Below, in pieces: positions 1 to 8,977 of a DNA stretch of 64,000 bases. Each line of letters opens with the position of its first letter. Position 1 is the first letter of the stretch. The notes under the pieces are model-generated. The model did not search any database and was not told the DNA's origin. It saw only the letters and a list, made by a program, of their open reading frames with translations. Made by a program: the position numbers and the translations under genes. Origin of the DNA: a virus; IMG/VR virus record IMGVR_UViG_3300045988_095842, one strand, 5' to 3'.

Positions 1-1
1 C

Positions 2-514
2 TACGCCACACTCCGTATGCTCCCAAAACCTATCAACGGTAATAAAGTAGTCTGCATCTGCTATCAACTTTATGGAGTCACCCATACTGCGGATGCGATC
101 CGCATCGCTTTCAAAAGTCTTTGGCTCATAGGAATTGACTACTTCCAAATTTTCTCCAGAATATGCTTCCGCCGTTCTCTTCAGAACTTCAAAACTATTT
201 TTAATATCCTCTTCTGTTCTTCCTTTTGTAGGACAGGAGATAAAGAGCTTGTGTTTTGGAGCTGAATCTTTCTTTTCATTCTTTTTCTCTGATGCTAGTT
301 CATCTGTGGTTGCTTCGGATTCAAGCCACTTTATCTTTTCCTTATGGCAGTTCCAGTATCCATTGCAAAATATGCAGTCGACACACGGCGTTTGTATACA
401 CAGACCCACATCCCCGTTTTCCATTACTGCAATGCGATGTGCAATTGTAAAGTCTGAAGAATCTCCAAGCCCAAGTTCATCAAATCTTTCCTTGTTTTTC
501 TCCTTATTTGTCAT
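2..514 (-). CDS. Cys-rich N-terminus plus nucleoside 2-deoxyribosyltransferase-like (DUF4406-like) C-terminal region; the 3-prime end runs off the window
   Basis: My own translation: MTNKEKNKERFDELGLGD...CIQTPCVDCIFCNGYWNCHKEKIKWLESE...LFISCPTKGRTEEDIKNSFEVLKRTAEA...IKLIADADYFITVD. It is absent from the ORF track because there is no stop inside the window. The frame stays open upstream to 736. Confidence 0.55.
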   Translation of the reverse strand, partial: MTNKEKNKERFDELGLGDSSDFTIAHRIAVMENGDVGLCIQTPCVDCIFCNGYWNCHKEKIKWLESEATTDELASEKKNEKKDSAPKHKLFISCPTKGRTEEDIKNSFEVLKRTAEAYSGENLEVVNSYEPKTFESDADRIRSMGDSIKLIADADYFITVDRFWEHTECGV

Positions 515-798
515 CCCTTTCTTCTCCGTCTCCACTTCTGAGTTGAGCCACTCTCTCACCTTCCGAACACAGGTAATATTTTCTGTTGAGTAAAAAATAC
601 AATCGGCGCAATTATCACAGAAACCGCGGCACATTCTCAGCGTCCCATCTTTTCCAACTGCAATAAGGTTCGCCGCCTGATTTATGTCTTTTGGTTTCTT
701 TCCATTCCATTCCACACCGATATTTTCAATTTCTACTCACCATTTTTCCCAATATGTCATTCCTTCTCCTTTTTCCCATCATTTCCTCGACATACTCT

Positions 799-1365
799 TC
801 AATCTATGCGCTGTCTGCTTCTTAACATGCAGAACAGCAATTCTGTAGTTGACCTGTTCCTTGGGCCTAATCTACAATTTTTAACAACTCTTAATTCCCA
901 ATCATCAAACTCTCCTTCGAATGGTGTTGGCTGAATAAATTCATCATCCATAGTCCTTCCGCAAGGGACTGCAACCAAAAACCCGTAATATTGTGAGGAT
1001 TCCGGATGATGCTCAAACAAATATTTGCTGATTTTCCCGTTAAGTTGATCATCGAGAATACTCTTGTAACATTCCATAGTTGTCACAATGTAGTTTTTTT
1101 CTCCAAAGAAGTTAAGTCCATGTCCACTGTATAGATCTTCTTTGCAACTTTTCACTTCGTAGCAGACAAAGATTCCTTTTTCAATTCCGGATATGGACAT
1201 CTGATTTTCAGGAATGAACTGCATAAAATCGACACGTTTTCCATGATCTGTCCATGGATCAATACTGACTTCGCGTGCATAATACTTCCCTGCCCCGGAA
1301 AGTCTATTTGCAACAAGGATATCGCCCAATAACTTTGTGGTATCTGCTCTGTTCATTCCTCCCAT
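799..1365 (-). CDS. PD-(D/E)XK-fold nuclease-like protein (MmcB/DUF1052-like, tentative)
   Basis: 188 aa ORF. The pattern RVDFMQF ... VCYEVKSCKED resembles the D...E-x-K restriction-endonuclease-like motif. Confidence 0.45.
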   Translation of the reverse strand: MGGMNRADTTKLLGDILVANRLSGAGKYYAREVSIDPWTDHGKRVDFMQFIPENQMSISGIEKGIFVCYEVKSCKEDLYSGHGLNFFGEKNYIVTTMECYKSILDDQLNGKISKYLFEHHPESSQYYGFLVAVPCGRTMDDEFIQPTPFEGEFDDWELRVVKNCRLGPRNRSTTELLFCMLRSRQRID

Positions 1366-1370
1366 TTCAT

Positions 1371-1637
1371 CTATATCCTCTCATACACTTGTTCTTCTCC
1401 TCCATCCTGGAAAAGTTCATTGACAATGCTATCCACCTTGATCGCTGCGAGGAACGTTATCGCTGAGTGAGGCTTTTCTCCAGACGTAATATGAATTATT
1501 TCTGACGCAAGATCTCCCATGGCGCAAAGTACTTCTTCCTTGCTGAGTAACTTCTTCGTGGATTCATTTTTCTTGCACCACTCCTTATATTCTTCAGACT
1601 CCTCAATTGCATCGAACATTTCATCAAGCTTACTCAT
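1371..1637 (-). CDS. hypothetical small early protein
   Basis: 88 aa ORF packed in the minus-strand array. Confidence 0.6.
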   Translation of the reverse strand: MSKLDEMFDAIEESEEYKEWCKKNESTKKLLSKEEVLCAMGDLASEIIHITSGEKPHSAITFLAAIKVDSIVNELFQDGGEEQVYERI

Positions 1638-1664
1638 TTAAATTTTCTCCTTTTTGCGCTGTGC

Positions 1665-2111
1665 TTATTCATAGCCTTTTTCCCTCAGCCAGTCGTGATA
1701 CTCCTCAGACAGTCCTGCGTCTGAAATCAGTAAAAGAAGTGCCGTATATTTCGCGGATCGTCTTATTTCCGCTGCGCGGATGCTCTCTACTGTTGGTGCT
1801 ATTGGAGACATGTAGTCAGCAGCGTGATTGAAAATCTGATTTTTCAAATCATCGAACTTCGCATCTTTCTCCGTATCTGGAACATCCTCCGTTTTCTTCT
1901 CCGTTTCCCCTGCGAGGAAGAAATCATCAAGAACTCTCTTTGTTTCCGCAGCCGCAATTGCGCAAGCTTGGATTGATGTCCCGATGGGTACGGTTGCAAC
2001 CAACGTCGTAGTAACTACGTCGGAAATTGCGCTTGCAAGCTGCGCTTTAGAGATCATCGTCTTTTCATTTCCGAGCTTCTCCTCTAATTTTTCAAAACTG
2101 TGTTTATTCAT
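1665..2111 (-). CDS. hypothetical protein, tandem paralog of 2104..2526
   Basis: 148 aa. It has the same layout as its neighbour: an N-terminal KLxxK...ISK segment, an acidic middle and a C-terminal ...W.....GYE. Confidence 0.65.
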   Translation of the reverse strand: MNKHSFEKLEEKLGNEKTMISKAQLASAISDVVTTTLVATVPIGTSIQACAIAAAETKRVLDDFFLAGETEKKTEDVPDTEKDAKFDDLKNQIFNHAADYMSPIAPTVESIRAAEIRRSAKYTALLLLISDAGLSEEYHDWLREKGYE

Positions 2112-2526
2112 ATCCGTTCACCGCCTTCCAAAAGTTGTATTTTTCTTTCAGATCCGCATCTATAATCAAATTGTATAGACTGGAATACCGGCCAAACAAT
2201 ACACGTGAATAGGTTCTGTGGTACTGCACATCTCGCAGATGTGTCCGCTCAAAGAGCAGCTCCTCCAGCGCACTCAGCTCTGTCTTTTCTGCAGGCTTCT
2301 CAGCATCCTTCTCCTCTTTCTTTTCCTCTTCTTCCGGGAAGAATTCATCAAGGACCTTTAACATCTCCATTGACGCATTAAGTATTCCTGTGGTCTCGTC
2401 TTCCAGCTCCGCAGCAGCGTTTGCGATTCTGCAGCAGACCTTGATGAGGTCCGTTTTGGAAATCTCTGCCTTCTCCTTGTGGGCCTTCTTCTTCAACTTC
2501 TCATAGCCTTTCATGTTAATTTTCAT
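2104..2526 (-). CDS. hypothetical protein, tandem paralog of 1665..2111
   Basis: 140 aa. It ends FWKAVNGYE, compared with WLREKGYE in the neighbour. Start and stop overlap the adjacent genes. Confidence 0.65.
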   Translation of the reverse strand: MKINMKGYEKLKKKAHKEKAEISKTDLIKVCCRIANAAAELEDETTGILNASMEMLKVLDEFFPEEEEKKEEKDAEKPAEKTELSALEELLFERTHLRDVQYHRTYSRVLFGRYSSLYNLIIDADLKEKYNFWKAVNGYE

Positions 2527-3107
2527 TTCTGCTCCTCCTTGTCCGGGTGACCGTCTGCATAGCCACTACAGACCTTTTCTGGCTCTTGTGGCACTTGGTA
2601 ATCTGCCATTGCATTGAGCTTTACATACTCTTCATCAGTCAGTTTAATCATCTTCGCTTTCCTCATTCCTTTTTCTCCCCAGTGCATCGGAGTTTTGCTC
2701 TCAATGCAATCCTGGACGATCTGCTTAAAGTCCGACCACCTCATACAGTCCGATCGCCCCGCGTAGCCGTAGCAATAATTATCGTCATAGTCCTTAATCA
2801 CTTCCCAGATTGCGCGGCACGTCCATACGCCAACTTTCCCTTCACAGTCCGACTGGTACAGGAAATCAAGAATGCGGAGCTTTTTCGGCTCCTTTTTTAA
2901 TTTGTTATTGAGAACGAGAAAATCCTTGTCGTATTGCACGAAAAACTTTGTACTTTCCGGTTCGGATAGCGGTTCATCGTCGAAAAGTTTGCGGTAAAAA
3001 GCTCCGATTTCCGGCGATGTAAGATCTGCGACTTTCTGCCGAAGACGCATGAACCCACCATAGCCACAGTCCGCCTCACAGTTCTTACTCCAAATTGTTA
3101 TTCCCAT
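2523..3107 (-). CDS. hypothetical protein
   Basis: 194 aa ORF with a 4-nt overlap with the downstream gene. Confidence 0.65.
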   Translation of the reverse strand: MGITIWSKNCEADCGYGGFMRLRQKVADLTSPEIGAFYRKLFDDEPLSEPESTKFFVQYDKDFLVLNNKLKKEPKKLRILDFLYQSDCEGKVGVWTCRAIWEVIKDYDDNYCYGYAGRSDCMRWSDFKQIVQDCIESKTPMHWGEKGMRKAKMIKLTDEEYVKLNAMADYQVPQEPEKVCSGYADGHPDKEEQK

Positions 3108-3145
3108 TTTTCCCCTTTCTGCTAAGCATTTCCCTTACGTACTCC

Positions 3146-3373
3146 TCAATCGTCTGCCTTTTCATCTTCACTTTCCTCCTTGTACGGATCCGGAAACGGC
3201 ATCCACGCGGTTACCACTGCCTTAAAACAACGTTCTGTGACTTCAAGGTATCTCCATTTTTGATCATCATTCATAAATGCAGTCGTCACCGCATTCGCGG
3301 ATGTAGTGACGATGACTGTTTCATACAGTTTTGGTAATCTCACCTCTACCGGAATCCATCTAAAATCACTCAT
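3146..3373 (-). CDS. DUF551-like small phage protein
   Basis: Contains WIPVEVRLP ... VTAWMPFPDPYKEE, the typical DUF551 pattern. Confidence 0.6.
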   Translation of the reverse strand: MSDFRWIPVEVRLPKLYETVIVTTSANAVTTAFMNDDQKWRYLEVTERCFKAVVTAWMPFPDPYKEESEDEKADD

Positions 3374-3507
3374 TGTTTTCCTCCTTGTACGGCTCTGGTA
3401 AAGGCATCCACGCGGTGATTTCTATCCCTCTTATACGTTCTCCTTCGCATTCTCCGTATTCTGCTAGGATGTCTTGTGTAGTGCTTGAGTACCAATACCA
3501 ATCTTCG

Positions 3508-3777
3508 TTATAAAAAACAGCCGCTCCAGTAAACTGCTAACCTCCTGGCAGCTTCACGCATAAGATTCTCGAAGTTAGTGACGGGCATACCCATCACGCT
3601 ATCCCCAATTCGATAGTCATAAGCAATCAGACTTAAACGATCTAATTCTTTTGCGATGTCCTTATTTGATGATTCAGAATAATCCTTGATGTGAGTTTCT
3701 TCGTGCTCCTTGCAGTCAGCTTCATTATCAAATTCAAGCCCACAATACTCGCAGGCAAATACCGTTTTCTTATTCAT
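3508..3777 (-). CDS. C2H2-type zinc-finger-like small protein; a frame change continues it into a DUF551-like tail (see finding)
   Basis: Contains CEYCGLEFDNEADCKEHEETH. The stop lies directly after a T6 run, and the +1 frame continues to 3366 with ...ITAWMPLPEPYKEENNE. Confidence 0.65.
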   Translation of the reverse strand: MNKKTVFACEYCGLEFDNEADCKEHEETHIKDYSESSNKDIAKELDRLSLIAYDYRIGDSVMGMPVTNFENLMREAARRLAVYWSGCFL

Positions 3778-3800
3778 CTTCTACCTCCGGTTTGATCCCC

Positions 3801-4190
3801 CTATTCATCCTTTACCTGTTCCATCTCTACAGCATCTTCAACGGTAGTAATGATGGTCTCAGACAGCTTTACATCAACTGTGCCGCTTTTCGAAACCTTC
3901 AGAATCGCTTTTGCCCCGTTCTGAAGGGTGATCCTGAGCCCGGTAATCATTTCCCTTGCCGCAAAAGGAACAGCTTCGGTCATAATCGCTGCAGCCTGTG
4001 GAAATCCCGGCTGAATCAATTTGCCAACTGCCGTTCGGGCTTTGCTCTCTTCGTACAGGGCATTCCGTTCCCTCTGTGCCCCATCGCAGTCACACTCACT
4101 GGTCGCGATCCGGTCAAGGTCTTCCTGTGTCTTCCCCTCTGCGTACCGTACCATCCGTACCTGCCCGCAGTACTTACATGTTCCCGTCAT
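3801..4190 (-). CDS. hypothetical protein with N-terminal CxxC / CDCD cluster
   Basis: 129 aa ORF. Confidence 0.6.
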   Translation of the reverse strand: MTGTCKYCGQVRMVRYAEGKTQEDLDRIATSECDCDGAQRERNALYEESKARTAVGKLIQPGFPQAAAIMTEAVPFAAREMITGLRITLQNGAKAILKVSKSGTVDVKLSETIITTVEDAVEMEQVKDE

Positions 4191-4624
4191 TTCTCCGCCT
4201 CCTTTTTTCTGTACTTTTCTACGTCTTCCGGACGGTATAGTTTACAGTGAGTCCAAAAGCAAATATTACCAGTAGTCGAGCTCCATGATGTGCGACCGTC
4301 TGCATACGCACCAAAACATCCATTCTTTATTCCAGAAAAATATCTATTATACGAGCAATTGTCTGAGCAATTGTCTGAATTCCAGACTATAACTGGCGTA
4401 TCTACCGGAACCTTCTCCCAGTCGATATCTTTGTCCCAATCAAACGCAAGCTGATCAAGCCACTTCTTTTTTGCTATTTCACAAGAACCCTGACCATAGA
4501 ACAAACATTGTGCACAAGATACCTTTCTACAAGTATTGATTTCATTTGTGTTTTTATTAACCGAAAAATATTCTTCAAATACTGTTCTTATATCCTTCGG
4601 ATCAATTGATTCGTAATTTATCAT
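4187..4624 (-). CDS. hypothetical protein carrying the recurrent Cys-rich mini-domain
   Basis: Contains CRKVSCAQCLFYGQGSCEIAKKKWLDQ, the same motif seen in the ORFs at 2..736 and 61457..62170. Confidence 0.6.
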   Translation of the reverse strand: MINYESIDPKDIRTVFEEYFSVNKNTNEINTCRKVSCAQCLFYGQGSCEIAKKKWLDQLAFDWDKDIDWEKVPVDTPVIVWNSDNCSDNCSYNRYFSGIKNGCFGAYADGRTSWSSTTGNICFWTHCKLYRPEDVEKYRKKEAEK

Positions 4625-4893
4625 TTCTCCTCCTCATGAAGCTTTCCAATTTTCTCGTACATGATCTTAAAAACAATTGCACTGTCTTCTATGAGTTTCT
4701 CTACCGGGATTCCGGTTGAAACAGCAACGTTCACTACAGCAAACAACGAAATCGTAAGCAAGTTACCGGCATCTCCTACAGTAACCAGGTTGCTAGGCGT
4801 TCCTGAAATGAATGGAATGTTTTTTTCCTTGGCAATTTCTGCTATCCTTTCAATAAGACGCCAAATTTCTTCTTCAACGCTCTGCTTTTTCAT
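4621..4893 (-). CDS. hypothetical protein
   Basis: 90 aa ORF with overlapping start/stop codons with its neighbours. Confidence 0.6.
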   Translation of the reverse strand: MKKQSVEEEIWRLIERIAEIAKEKNIPFISGTPSNLVTVGDAGNLLTISLFAVVNVAVSTGIPVEKLIEDSAIVFKIMYEKIGKLHEEEK

Positions 4894-5114
4894 ATCCGGT
4901 CTCCTTCCTTCAACCTGATTCCAACACTTGAAAAATATCCGATTTCTTTTAACTCCTGCTGAATCTTTAAAAGTGTTTTTACGGTGTAGTTTCTCTTTGA
5001 AACGCTCACCATTACAACGCCTTTTTCAGCGAATGCGTTCTCTCCTTTATCTTTTAAAAATTCAACCGCTTTATCTGCTCCTACTTTCATCTTTTCCTCC
5101 AGGTTTCCGCCCAC
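4890..5114 (-). CDS. hypothetical protein
   Basis: 74 aa ORF in the operon array. Confidence 0.55.
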   Translation of the reverse strand: MGGNLEEKMKVGADKAVEFLKDKGENAFAEKGVVMVSVSKRNYTVKTLLKIQQELKEIGYFSSVGIRLKEGDRI

Positions 5115-5138
5115 ACAATGCAGACGGAGACCATTTGT

Positions 5139-5786
5139 TTAAATCACAATTTCCAGCCGGCCATCTTTTGCCGTATAGATGTGATTACTGAGAATATCCT
5201 CCTCATCCATCACCTCTCTATTTCCATTGATTTCACACAATGCGTCAGAGAGGTATTCTACATCTATGCTGTTAGGAACAATGATCACCTCATGTGTTGA
5301 TGATGGAATCACGTAATATCCACCCTTGAACTGCTTGATTTCACGGATTCTATGATCAATTTCCTTATCCAGAAGAAGCGCAGGCGTATCGATATCCTCC
5401 GAATACAGGACGTATGCGCCAATCGTTTCTGTCGAAGAATCAGATATTCCAAACACTTTTAGAACCATTTCATCAAGTGGGACAATCTCAAAATTTTTGG
5501 CTTTCATATTCCAGAAGGCAATAGCCCGTAAAAGCATTTTTGCAGTGAAGTCAAACTGCTCAAAGTCAAACTGCTCAAAAAGCATTTCCACGAGTGCTTC
5601 TGTCACGGGAGCCTTTCCGCAATCCAGATCTGTGAGATCCAGCATGTAAACCAGTTCCAGATCTGCTACCTTTGTAGACACCTCAGCATTAGTCCCCTCT
5701 GGCTTTAAAACGGCGATTACCCGTGACAGCAGATCATTTTTCGATAATTCAAACGACTTTTTCTCCACTTTGAACGTCTTGTCCAT
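5139..5786 (-). CDS. DUF5688-like protein
   Basis: The C-terminal YYVIPSSTHEVIIVP motif resembles a family I recall from Firmicutes mobile elements. Confidence 0.5.
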   Translation of the reverse strand: MDKTFKVEKKSFELSKNDLLSRVIAVLKPEGTNAEVSTKVADLELVYMLDLTDLDCGKAPVTEALVEMLFEQFDFEQFDFTAKMLLRAIAFWNMKAKNFEIVPLDEMVLKVFGISDSSTETIGAYVLYSEDIDTPALLLDKEIDHRIREIKQFKGGYYVIPSSTHEVIIVPNSIDVEYLSDALCEINGNREVMDEEDILSNHIYTAKDGRLEIVI

Positions 5787-5862
5787 TTTGATTCCTCCAT
5801 AAAAGTTAATATATTTACAACTACTATCACCGTAGTGATCATTTCCGGTATTAAAAATACGC

Positions 5863-6213
5863 CTACGTAGTTTCTGACGGATGTAGAATCAGCTCTTTCC
5901 GGTTTTCCGCGTTGTGCAGCTCATACGAACCTTCGTATTCCTCTGCAACAAAAACGCCAGTCGGTTTTTTATGCCTCATCAAATAATCGATATACTCTTT
6001 GCTCACCTTAATAGATAAGGTGTCTTCAAATATGATGCGATATCCAAGAGCCTCCATGATCTTTGACACTTTTTCAAATTTCATGTCAGATCCTTTTTTG
6101 TGTCCCAGGAGTCTTGTGTAATTTTGCCTTGACTCTCCCATGATCCGAGAAAGCTGATAAACGGACATTCCTCGCGTTTTGAGTGCAGACCTTACCAAAT
6201 CCTCACCAGTCAT
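5863..6213 (-). CDS. helix-turn-helix DNA-binding protein
   Basis: The N-terminal MSVYQLSRIMGESRQNYTRLL segment is HTH-like. Confidence 0.6.
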   Translation of the reverse strand: MTGEDLVRSALKTRGMSVYQLSRIMGESRQNYTRLLGHKKGSDMKFEKVSKIMEALGYRIIFEDTLSIKVSKEYIDYLMRHKKPTGVFVAEEYEGSYELHNAENRKELILHPSETT

Positions 6214-6225
6214 CTTCCACCTCCT

Positions 6226-7230
6226 TTACGCCAATCTCAGGCCGTCTGACGGGTCATTTCTGAACACAAACCCATGTACAAACCTGGAATAATAACCTCC
6301 AATGTCTTTCATCTTCTGCTTTTTGTTTAAATACTCATCTCTGGACAGCTTTTCCGTGAACTTGACAACATAGATGGTCTCTCCGGTCTTTGTATGCTTT
6401 GTCTTCTCGACCGTATAACCCGTATCCTCGATCTCAACAGAGGCATCCTTTGTTTCAGCCTCCGCAACCTCATTCTTCTGCTGAGGAATTCTTGCTTTCT
6501 TCTCTACAACCTTAAATTTTCTGTGATCAACAGAGACACCGAAATAGTAGAAATTATTATCGGAGTAATCGATCATCCCGTCAGAATCATCGTAGTTGTA
6601 GGATTCAACAATACTGTCAATGTCATCAAACATCGCCTGCACATCCTCTCTCAGGATCACGTAAAGCTTTCCGTTTGCATAAGCATCGGCAATTTCCCGG
6701 TTTGTGGGATCCGACGGATCATTAGGCATTCTTGAATTAATATTCGTAAAGCTCCACTTTACTCCGTATCTCGCGATGTATCTCCAAAGATCATGAAGAT
6801 CATCATCACTCAGCTCACTCGCCTTCTTTTCAACTTCGAACGGTGCCTGTGTCAAGCTGATCGTAAGCTCCCGGCACATGGACGCATAATGCGTCCGAAT
6901 TGAAAAGCGGAAGGTCGGATACTTTTCCTTTACATACTCACGGATGATTGCAGCGATCTCTTTAAGAGACAAAGAGGAATCATAATTGCTTCCTTCCCAA
7001 CCGTTCTGCGTATAGAAATGCCTGCGTGTACTGCTTGCCGTCTCGGAAACCTTATCTCCAGTTTTCTTTTCCTGACGATCCTTCCAGATAGGGAACAATG
7101 CGTCATACTCAACATTGATCTCTTTCATTGTTTCCGGATCTCCTCCGACATCAGGATGATTGGCCATTGCAAGAGCCCTGAACTGGGCTTTAAGATCTGC
7201 AAAAGACTTGATGTTTCTGAAGTACTTCAT
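6226..7230 (-). CDS. J-domain (DnaJ-like) protein
   Basis: Contains the HPD motif in LKAQFRALAMANHPDVGGDPETMKEINVEYDALF. An AAGGAGG RBS precedes the ATG at 7230. Confidence 0.75.
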   Translation of the reverse strand: MKYFRNIKSFADLKAQFRALAMANHPDVGGDPETMKEINVEYDALFPIWKDRQEKKTGDKVSETASSTRRHFYTQNGWEGSNYDSSLSLKEIAAIIREYVKEKYPTFRFSIRTHYASMCRELTISLTQAPFEVEKKASELSDDDLHDLWRYIARYGVKWSFTNINSRMPNDPSDPTNREIADAYANGKLYVILREDVQAMFDDIDSIVESYNYDDSDGMIDYSDNNFYYFGVSVDHRKFKVVEKKARIPQQKNEVAEAETKDASVEIEDTGYTVEKTKHTKTGETIYVVKFTEKLSRDEYLNKKQKMKDIGGYYSRFVHGFVFRNDPSDGLRLA

Positions 7231-7308
7231 GAGCTCCTCCTTTAATAAAATGCCTTTTTCTCTCCCCACAAACAATATACCGCAGTGACAATTATATGTC
7301 AGCTATTT

Positions 7309-7593
7309 TTACGCTATTAAACCTTTTTTCTTCAAAAAATCCAGGTCAACATCGCAGAACTCCTCGCCCTCTGATCCACAGACGAACACAGTCCCAGCAA
7401 AATACATTCCAAATACCGAATGGAAAGGAAGACCGCGTATCATACCTTCTTCATTGCAGATAAGGCACTGGTTCCCAGGAAGCTCAACCACCTCAATATA
7501 TCCACCAACTACTTCCTGCAACGACTTTAAGGAGCCGTCAATTTCTTTCAACTCCCAATAATTGTTCTCCGGACGCTTTACAATAATTACCAT
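7309..7593 (-). CDS. DUF3846-like protein
   Basis: 94 aa. Contains LQEVVGGYIEVVELPGN...ICNEEG...GLPFH. Confidence 0.5.
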   Translation of the reverse strand: MVIIVKRPENNYWELKEIDGSLKSLQEVVGGYIEVVELPGNQCLICNEEGMIRGLPFHSVFGMYFAGTVFVCGSEGEEFCDVDLDFLKKKGLIA

Positions 7594-7772
7594 TTTTTAT
7601 TCTCCTTTTTGCAGTTAAGGCATCTTGACGGGATATTGGTCCAATCTTCTGACACCATGTAATTTCCAGGGAATGCATACATGCATGTTCCACAGGAAGC
7701 CCCAATGCATTTTCCGCTTTCCTTAGCCTCTGCGGTAGTTGCATATCTTTCTGTGGCTGTTTTCATGTTCAT
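7587..7772 (-). CDS. small Cys-rich protein
   Basis: 61 aa with CIGASCGTC ... CLNC. Confidence 0.5.
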   Translation of the reverse strand: MNMKTATERYATTAEAKESGKCIGASCGTCMYAFPGNYMVSEDWTNIPSRCLNCKKENKKW

Positions 7773-7912
7773 AATCTTAATTCCTCCTTTATGTAAGCAC
7801 CTCTTACATCATCTATATTGCCGCAGTTGCACAAATATGTCAGCGCTTTTGCACCAAAATAATTAAACAGATATGGCCACAAATCTGTTTAATTTCCTGT
7901 GCGCTTTTAAAT

Positions 7913-7942
7913 AAAAAAAGAACGGATGCATTTCATCCGTTC
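7913..7942 (-). terminator. Rho-independent terminator ending the 10.3->7.9 kb accessory operon
   Basis: Hairpin GAACGGATG-CATTT-CATCCGTTC, followed on the minus strand by T7. Confidence 0.6.
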
Positions 7943-8109
7943 CGTGCCTCATTAACAATATCGGAATATTGACCATCTATTATTCCCTGGAGAAATCCTT
8001 CTATCATAGGATAGTATTTGGTAGGGATTTTTCTGAGAAGAACTTTTACTCTCATCTCATCAATTTGACTCTTCCCAACACCCTTTGAAAAATTCATAAC
8101 CACGCACAT
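7933..8109 (-). CDS. small hypothetical protein (58 aa, below the track cutoff)
   Basis: My own translation: MCVVMNFSKGVGKSQIDEMRVKVLLRK... A GAGGGG RBS lies upstream. Confidence 0.4.
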   Translation of the reverse strand: MCVVMNFSKGVGKSQIDEMRVKVLLRKIPTKYYPMIEGFLQGIIDGQYSDIVNEARNG

Positions 8110-8125
8110 ATCTGCCCCTCTCGAA

Positions 8126-8446
8126 TCACATCTCTTTATACATGTCCTGCCATTCTTTCGCCTTGGAGTACTTATCCATCTCGCGATCTCTCAGGAACTC
8201 ATAGATGGACTGCTCCTCGGCAGTCATGCCGGTGCCGTCATCGGCTGCATACTTGATCAGCTTCACAACCATATCGTGCAGGGATTGATAATGCGATGCC
8301 TCCTGCTTGCTCAGGTTTGCAAAGCCTTCTGCGATATCGGACCGGACATCCTTCCATTTGATCGCCTGCTTGGCATACTTCTCTATGTCCTCCAGCTCAT
8401 CTTCGATAAAGCCGGAAAAATTCTTCAGCATTTCTAAGTTGTCCAC
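8126..8446 (-). CDS. hypothetical helical protein (four-helix-bundle-like)
   Basis: 106 aa ORF with a 2-nt gap to the upstream gene. Confidence 0.55.
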   Translation of the reverse strand: MDNLEMLKNFSGFIEDELEDIEKYAKQAIKWKDVRSDIAEGFANLSKQEASHYQSLHDMVVKLIKYAADDGTGMTAEEQSIYEFLRDREMDKYSKAKEWQDMYKEM

Positions 8447-8447
8447 T

Positions 8448-8900
8448 TCATGCCTCCTTCAGTGCATTTCCGGATACAAAGGTCACGCTTCCTGCCGCCG
8501 TTCCGTCCGTCATGATCATGAACTGGATTCTCTGCGGATTCTGTCCACAACTTGTCCGGAAGCCGCGAATTGTCTCCAGCTCAATCAGGTTATTTCCTAC
8601 TGCGACTGTCTTGATGCGCAGCGTTTCTGGAAGCGGCAGGCCGTTAAGATACATCTGGACTGTCACTGCTCCGGCAGTGGTAGCATTAAAACTGATCGTT
8701 CCACGGATCCTGTACAATCCGGAATGCTGAATCACAATGCTGTTCTGCTCCAGATCCAGGGAAACGCCAGTATCTGTGATCTCTGTCCCCTGCAGGTTCA
8801 TCGGTGCCATCGCAGTCCCGACGGCCTGCGTTGCGTTGTTGTAAAACTCCGTCGAACTCTTATAGTGACGGTCTTTCAGGTTGCAATTACAATTTCCCAT
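8448..8900 (-). CDS. C1q/TNF-like (BclA C-terminal-domain-like) jelly-roll protein
   Basis: The pattern GLYRIRGTISFNATTAGAVTVQMYLNGLPLP...IQFMIMTDG resembles the BclA C-terminal domain. A GAGGTGG RBS precedes the ATG at 8900. Confidence 0.45.
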   Translation of the reverse strand: MGNCNCNLKDRHYKSSTEFYNNATQAVGTAMAPMNLQGTEITDTGVSLDLEQNSIVIQHSGLYRIRGTISFNATTAGAVTVQMYLNGLPLPETLRIKTVAVGNNLIELETIRGFRTSCGQNPQRIQFMIMTDGTAAGSVTFVSGNALKEA

Positions 8901-8977
8901 TACTTCCACCTCTTGAAATCAAAATACCCCTGCAGCAACACACCGCAGGGGCAAAAACTCACTGTTACAGTGTGACA

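Noticed and set aside
5547-5576. A 15-bp perfect tandem duplication (gtcaaactgctcaaa x2).
   Set aside because: It is an in-frame duplication giving FEQFDFEQFDF inside ORF 5139..5786. It is a minor slippage event of no evident significance.
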